This document shows positions 60,662 through 64,000 of a stretch of 64,000 nt of DNA, piece after piece. How positions within the stretch are numbered: position 1 is the first letter of the stretch; each line of letters opens with the position of its first letter. Made by a program: the position numbers and the translations under genes. The stretch is from NCBI GenBank assembly GCA_052327205.1, contig CM126218.1, positions 44,578,001 through 44,642,000 of the forward strand. Direction: 5' to 3'. The DNA is from Somniosus microcephalus (Eukaryota). Under the pieces are notes generated by a model. That model worked only from the letters and a program-made list of their open reading frames with translations. It made no database searches and was not told the DNA's origin.

Positions 60662-62236
60662 AATGAATTTTAAATGAGGCTGTTCTTTGATTACCCCTTC
60701 TCTCTCCACTCCCCCAGCCCCTCCATTTTGCATTTCCTGCCAACAGGAATGCAATGGCCTTTGCTGGGAGAGGAGAGGTAGCCTACAAATACAGAAGACG
60801 TAGGAGATCCAAGGTTCACAGCGGGTACTGTTGCAGGCAACAGGCATATCACCACAGAGGCATCTACCTGGGCATGATGGAGCTTGGGCATAGGCAGCAA
60901 ATTTCAAATCGAGCACTCCATCCAAATGATGTCCCCTCCCCACCCACCCACGATCCCCATGAAAATCTTTGATTTTTTGTCTCTTAAATAGTTTATACTG
61001 ATTAATTTTAAAGACCTTTCTGCTTTATGAGTGATAGATGTTTAATGTGAGGAAAAAGATTCATTCAATTTATATGAGGTTAGTCACTACAGTACCTTCT
61101 ATCAGACATTCGGGGTTATAAGGACGGGAGCATTTTATTAAAGGAATTTATCACATTTTGCTGCGAGAATTCAAGTGCGTTTATAATCATTTAATATGAA
61201 AGTTCATCACTTATAAATTCAATTTTAACATCATTTTAGAAACAGACCTATTATCTTTTTATACTGAGAAATCCTCAATGTTACTGTTCAACTTGAACAT
61301 GTCTCACTAGCTGCACCTCCCCTTACACATAAAACATATAAACTTAGTGAATTAAATATCTCTCTCTTCCAGAGGCTGTTCCTCACTAAAACACCCGAGA
61401 TGCACAGTTTACTTCATATGGGCAAGTACCATAGATGTCACGGTCCATGTCTGTGATTCTGTATCTTGATGCTCCCATGCAATAGATTTGCCTCAGTAAC
61501 AGGTCCAGTCCCGGAGACCCCATCGCACTGTAAAGCTTCAGCCGACACACAGGGACGTCAGGATGCACGTGCATGCTTCTATAAGCCAGCTGTATCTTTA
61601 GTTTCAAAATATGTGATCCACCAATCGTGGTGGCATCCCCTGTCCCTGTAAAATAAAGGGGGGGGCGCAATCTCAGGAGTCACTACTTTACCCTGTACTG
61701 TTCCAGTAAGGAGATAACTGGAGTCCTGTATCATCATGCACCCAGCTGCATACACTTCAGTTACAACCAGTAGCAGCAGCTGCAAAGATAGCAGTAGTTT
61801 TTTTTTAATTGCTGCCTTCCCTTTAGACATGGGAATCACTGCACAACTGCAGTCATTTGTTCAGCTACCGATAATGCTATGGCATACCTAAATAGGGATG
61901 GATATTATGCAATGAATGTGCAAATGCTATGCTCCAAAATAGCACACTTCAATGCACTGCTGTTTCCTTTATTTGTTTAGCCATTGCAGAAAACTGCATA
62001 TATTGTTAGATTTACTTTTGGATGACTGACCTTTATTTTCTGCAAAATGGTAGAATGACAGACTGTAGGAAGTATTAAAAGTCGATTAATTTTATTCCGT
62101 TGTGCACGGCTACCTGTGTGCATGTTTAATGTGTTTGCCCGTCACTTTTGCCACATGAATTTCTCTATGTTGTCTGTAGATATACCCTTTTACTAAGTGC
62201 TCTCTCACTTAAAGAGCCAGGTGGTGGTTGTATAGC

Positions 62237-64000
62237 TGTACTGGCCACGCTAGACGTGCTCCTATCTAGCTATCCAGCAAGTTAAACACTCATTCAAAAA
62301 TAATTCTTCTGAAGCGGTTGCTGTTTTGAAGTTTTACTTGAACAAATTTGTGAAACTGTAAACAAAGACAAAGTATGTTTTGTACATAAACTGAGTACTA
62401 TACATTCGATATTACATAAGATATAAACATATTTACAACAGTAGAATGGACTAATTGTATAACTAACTAACATTTGGACTAACTTCTATAACTATCAAAT
62501 ATTAACCTTATAAACATAGTATTATCAAAATATTACTCTGACAATGTTGCTATTATGCTAAGGAACAAAGATACTCACAGATATTGCGCTTGGCCTAACA
62601 TATGAAATCAGATTACATTGGATTGTAAATGGAACCTCTCATGGCAGATTCTCCATTACTCAAGTCAGGTTCTTCCTGGCAAAACTGCTTCCTGGGGTCA
62701 ACAGGAAGAAAGGTAGGAAGGTCAAATGACCTCTCACAGGAAGAAAGGAACAAAGGTCAAATGACCTCACACAGGAAGAAAGATCAGATGACCTTTCCAG
62801 CATACAAACTGTTAACACAATAACCGCCACCAGAAGGTGCTATCTGCACACATAAAATGTTCATTGGTCCAGAACACTCCCCGTCTGGGGTCGTTAACGA
62901 CTCCACATAGTCCGAACTCTACTTGTCACTGGAGTCCTCTGGCGACAAAAGAAGAACCACCTCAGAGGCGGGCCGAGAGAAGACCTTCGCTGTTCCTTCT
63001 TTGATGACTCTCGAGTCCACCTTTCTCACTCTCCCGTCCTGGCTGGGATGGGAGTTCACGATGATAGCCATAGGCCACTCATTCCTTTTTACCTGATTGT
63101 CCCTCATCAAGACAACATCTCCTTCTTTGAGATCCGGCCTCTTGTCCTGCCACTTGCGTCGGCTCTGTAGTGTGTTGAGGTACTCCCTTCGCCACCTGTT
63201 CCAAAACGTGTCTGCCAGACTCTGGACTCATTTCCATTCTTCCTTGAAGAGTTCTCCTTCCCCAAACTCTCCTGGAGGACAAGGGGGAACACCTGTCTTC
63301 TGGGTCAAAAGCATGGCCGGAGGGAGGATGAGGGACAATTCTGGGTCTGAAGATACAGGGATGAGGGGCCTTGCATTCATCACGGCGGTGACCTCAGCCA
63401 TCAGTGTGGTCAAGACCTCATGTGTGAGGCACGACGATCTACCTTGGAGAAACATGCAGTCGAGGATACGACGGGCAATGCCGATCATACGCTCCCATGC
63501 GCCGCCCATGTGGGATGAGTGAGGTGGGTTGAATACCCAGGTGCATTTCTGCTCTTGGAGATACTTCTCCACCCTCTGAGAGCTGGAACTAGATTCATCC
63601 ATCTTCAGCTCTCTGCAGGTGCCAACAAAGTTTGTACCGCTATCTGAGCGTATTTGCTTTGCCGGGCCTCTAATTGAGAAAAACCTTCTCAGAGCGTTTA
63701 TGATGCTGGAGGCGCTCATTGTTTCTATGACTTCGATGTGTACAGCTCTTGTGGACATACATGAGAACATCACCGCCCACCTCTTGCTGTTGGCGTGTCC
63801 TCCTCTGGTGCGGCGTGAGACCACGTCCCATGGTCCGAAGACATCTACGCCTACGTAGGTGAAAGGTGGTGCTACTTGTAGCCGCTCGGCTGGCAGTTCT
63901 GCCATCTGTTGGTGCTCCGTCTTCCCACGGAGTTTCTTGCAGGTGACACATTTGAAAAGCGTGCCGCTGATACTTCTCTTAGCTCCAACCAACCAGAGGC
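62237..64000 (-). mobile_element. BEL/Pao LTR retrotransposon 3' part (integrase, C-terminal domain, PPT, 3' LTR); continues beyond the window
   Basis: MAELPAERLQ..PFTYVGVDVFGP, CMSTRAVHIE, HMGGAWER, MNARPL, WPMA..DGRVRKV; nonsense codon at 63228; PPT agacggggag; putative LTR 62237-62876 (distal end inferred). Confidence 0.92.

Noticed and set aside
1-64000. Prokaryotic systems (CRISPR arrays, retrons, operons) suggested by RT ORFs and repeats
   Set aside because: All RTs are CR1, Gypsy or related eukaryotic retroelement types; there is no regularly spaced repeat-spacer array; coding density is eukaryotic

Overview
Eukaryotic, transposon-dense, apparently intergenic or intronic vertebrate DNA. 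The repeat set (CR1-type LINEs, L2 tails, a SacSINE1-like SINE, Penelope fragments) suggests a cartilaginous fish, probably a shark; this is an inference. I recognised no intact host protein-coding gene, rRNA, tRNA or CRISPR array. Contents: many CR1/L2 LINE fragments; three Ty3/Gypsy LTR elements with readable LTRs and TSDs (one internally deleted, two Mag-like and nearly complete); two solo LTRs; the 3' part of a BEL/Pao element; ten or more PIF/Harbinger-type MITEs or deleted elements with 3-bp TSDs, two with Myb/SANT ORF remnants; two pogo/Tigger-like MITEs; and two Penelope fragments with minimal hammerhead ribozyme motifs. Most notable: a tailless, intronless DNAJA2 J-domain mRNA fragment flanked by a 29-bp duplication; a MITE inserted exactly at the putative cleavage triplet of a Penelope hammerhead; a young CpG-rich MITE carrying an RFX X-box next to a 20-bp CRE palindrome; a non-canonical Harbinger target preference; multi-layer nested insertions; and several unexplained local direct repeats. 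Coordinates were read by eye, and ends of degraded elements are approximate.
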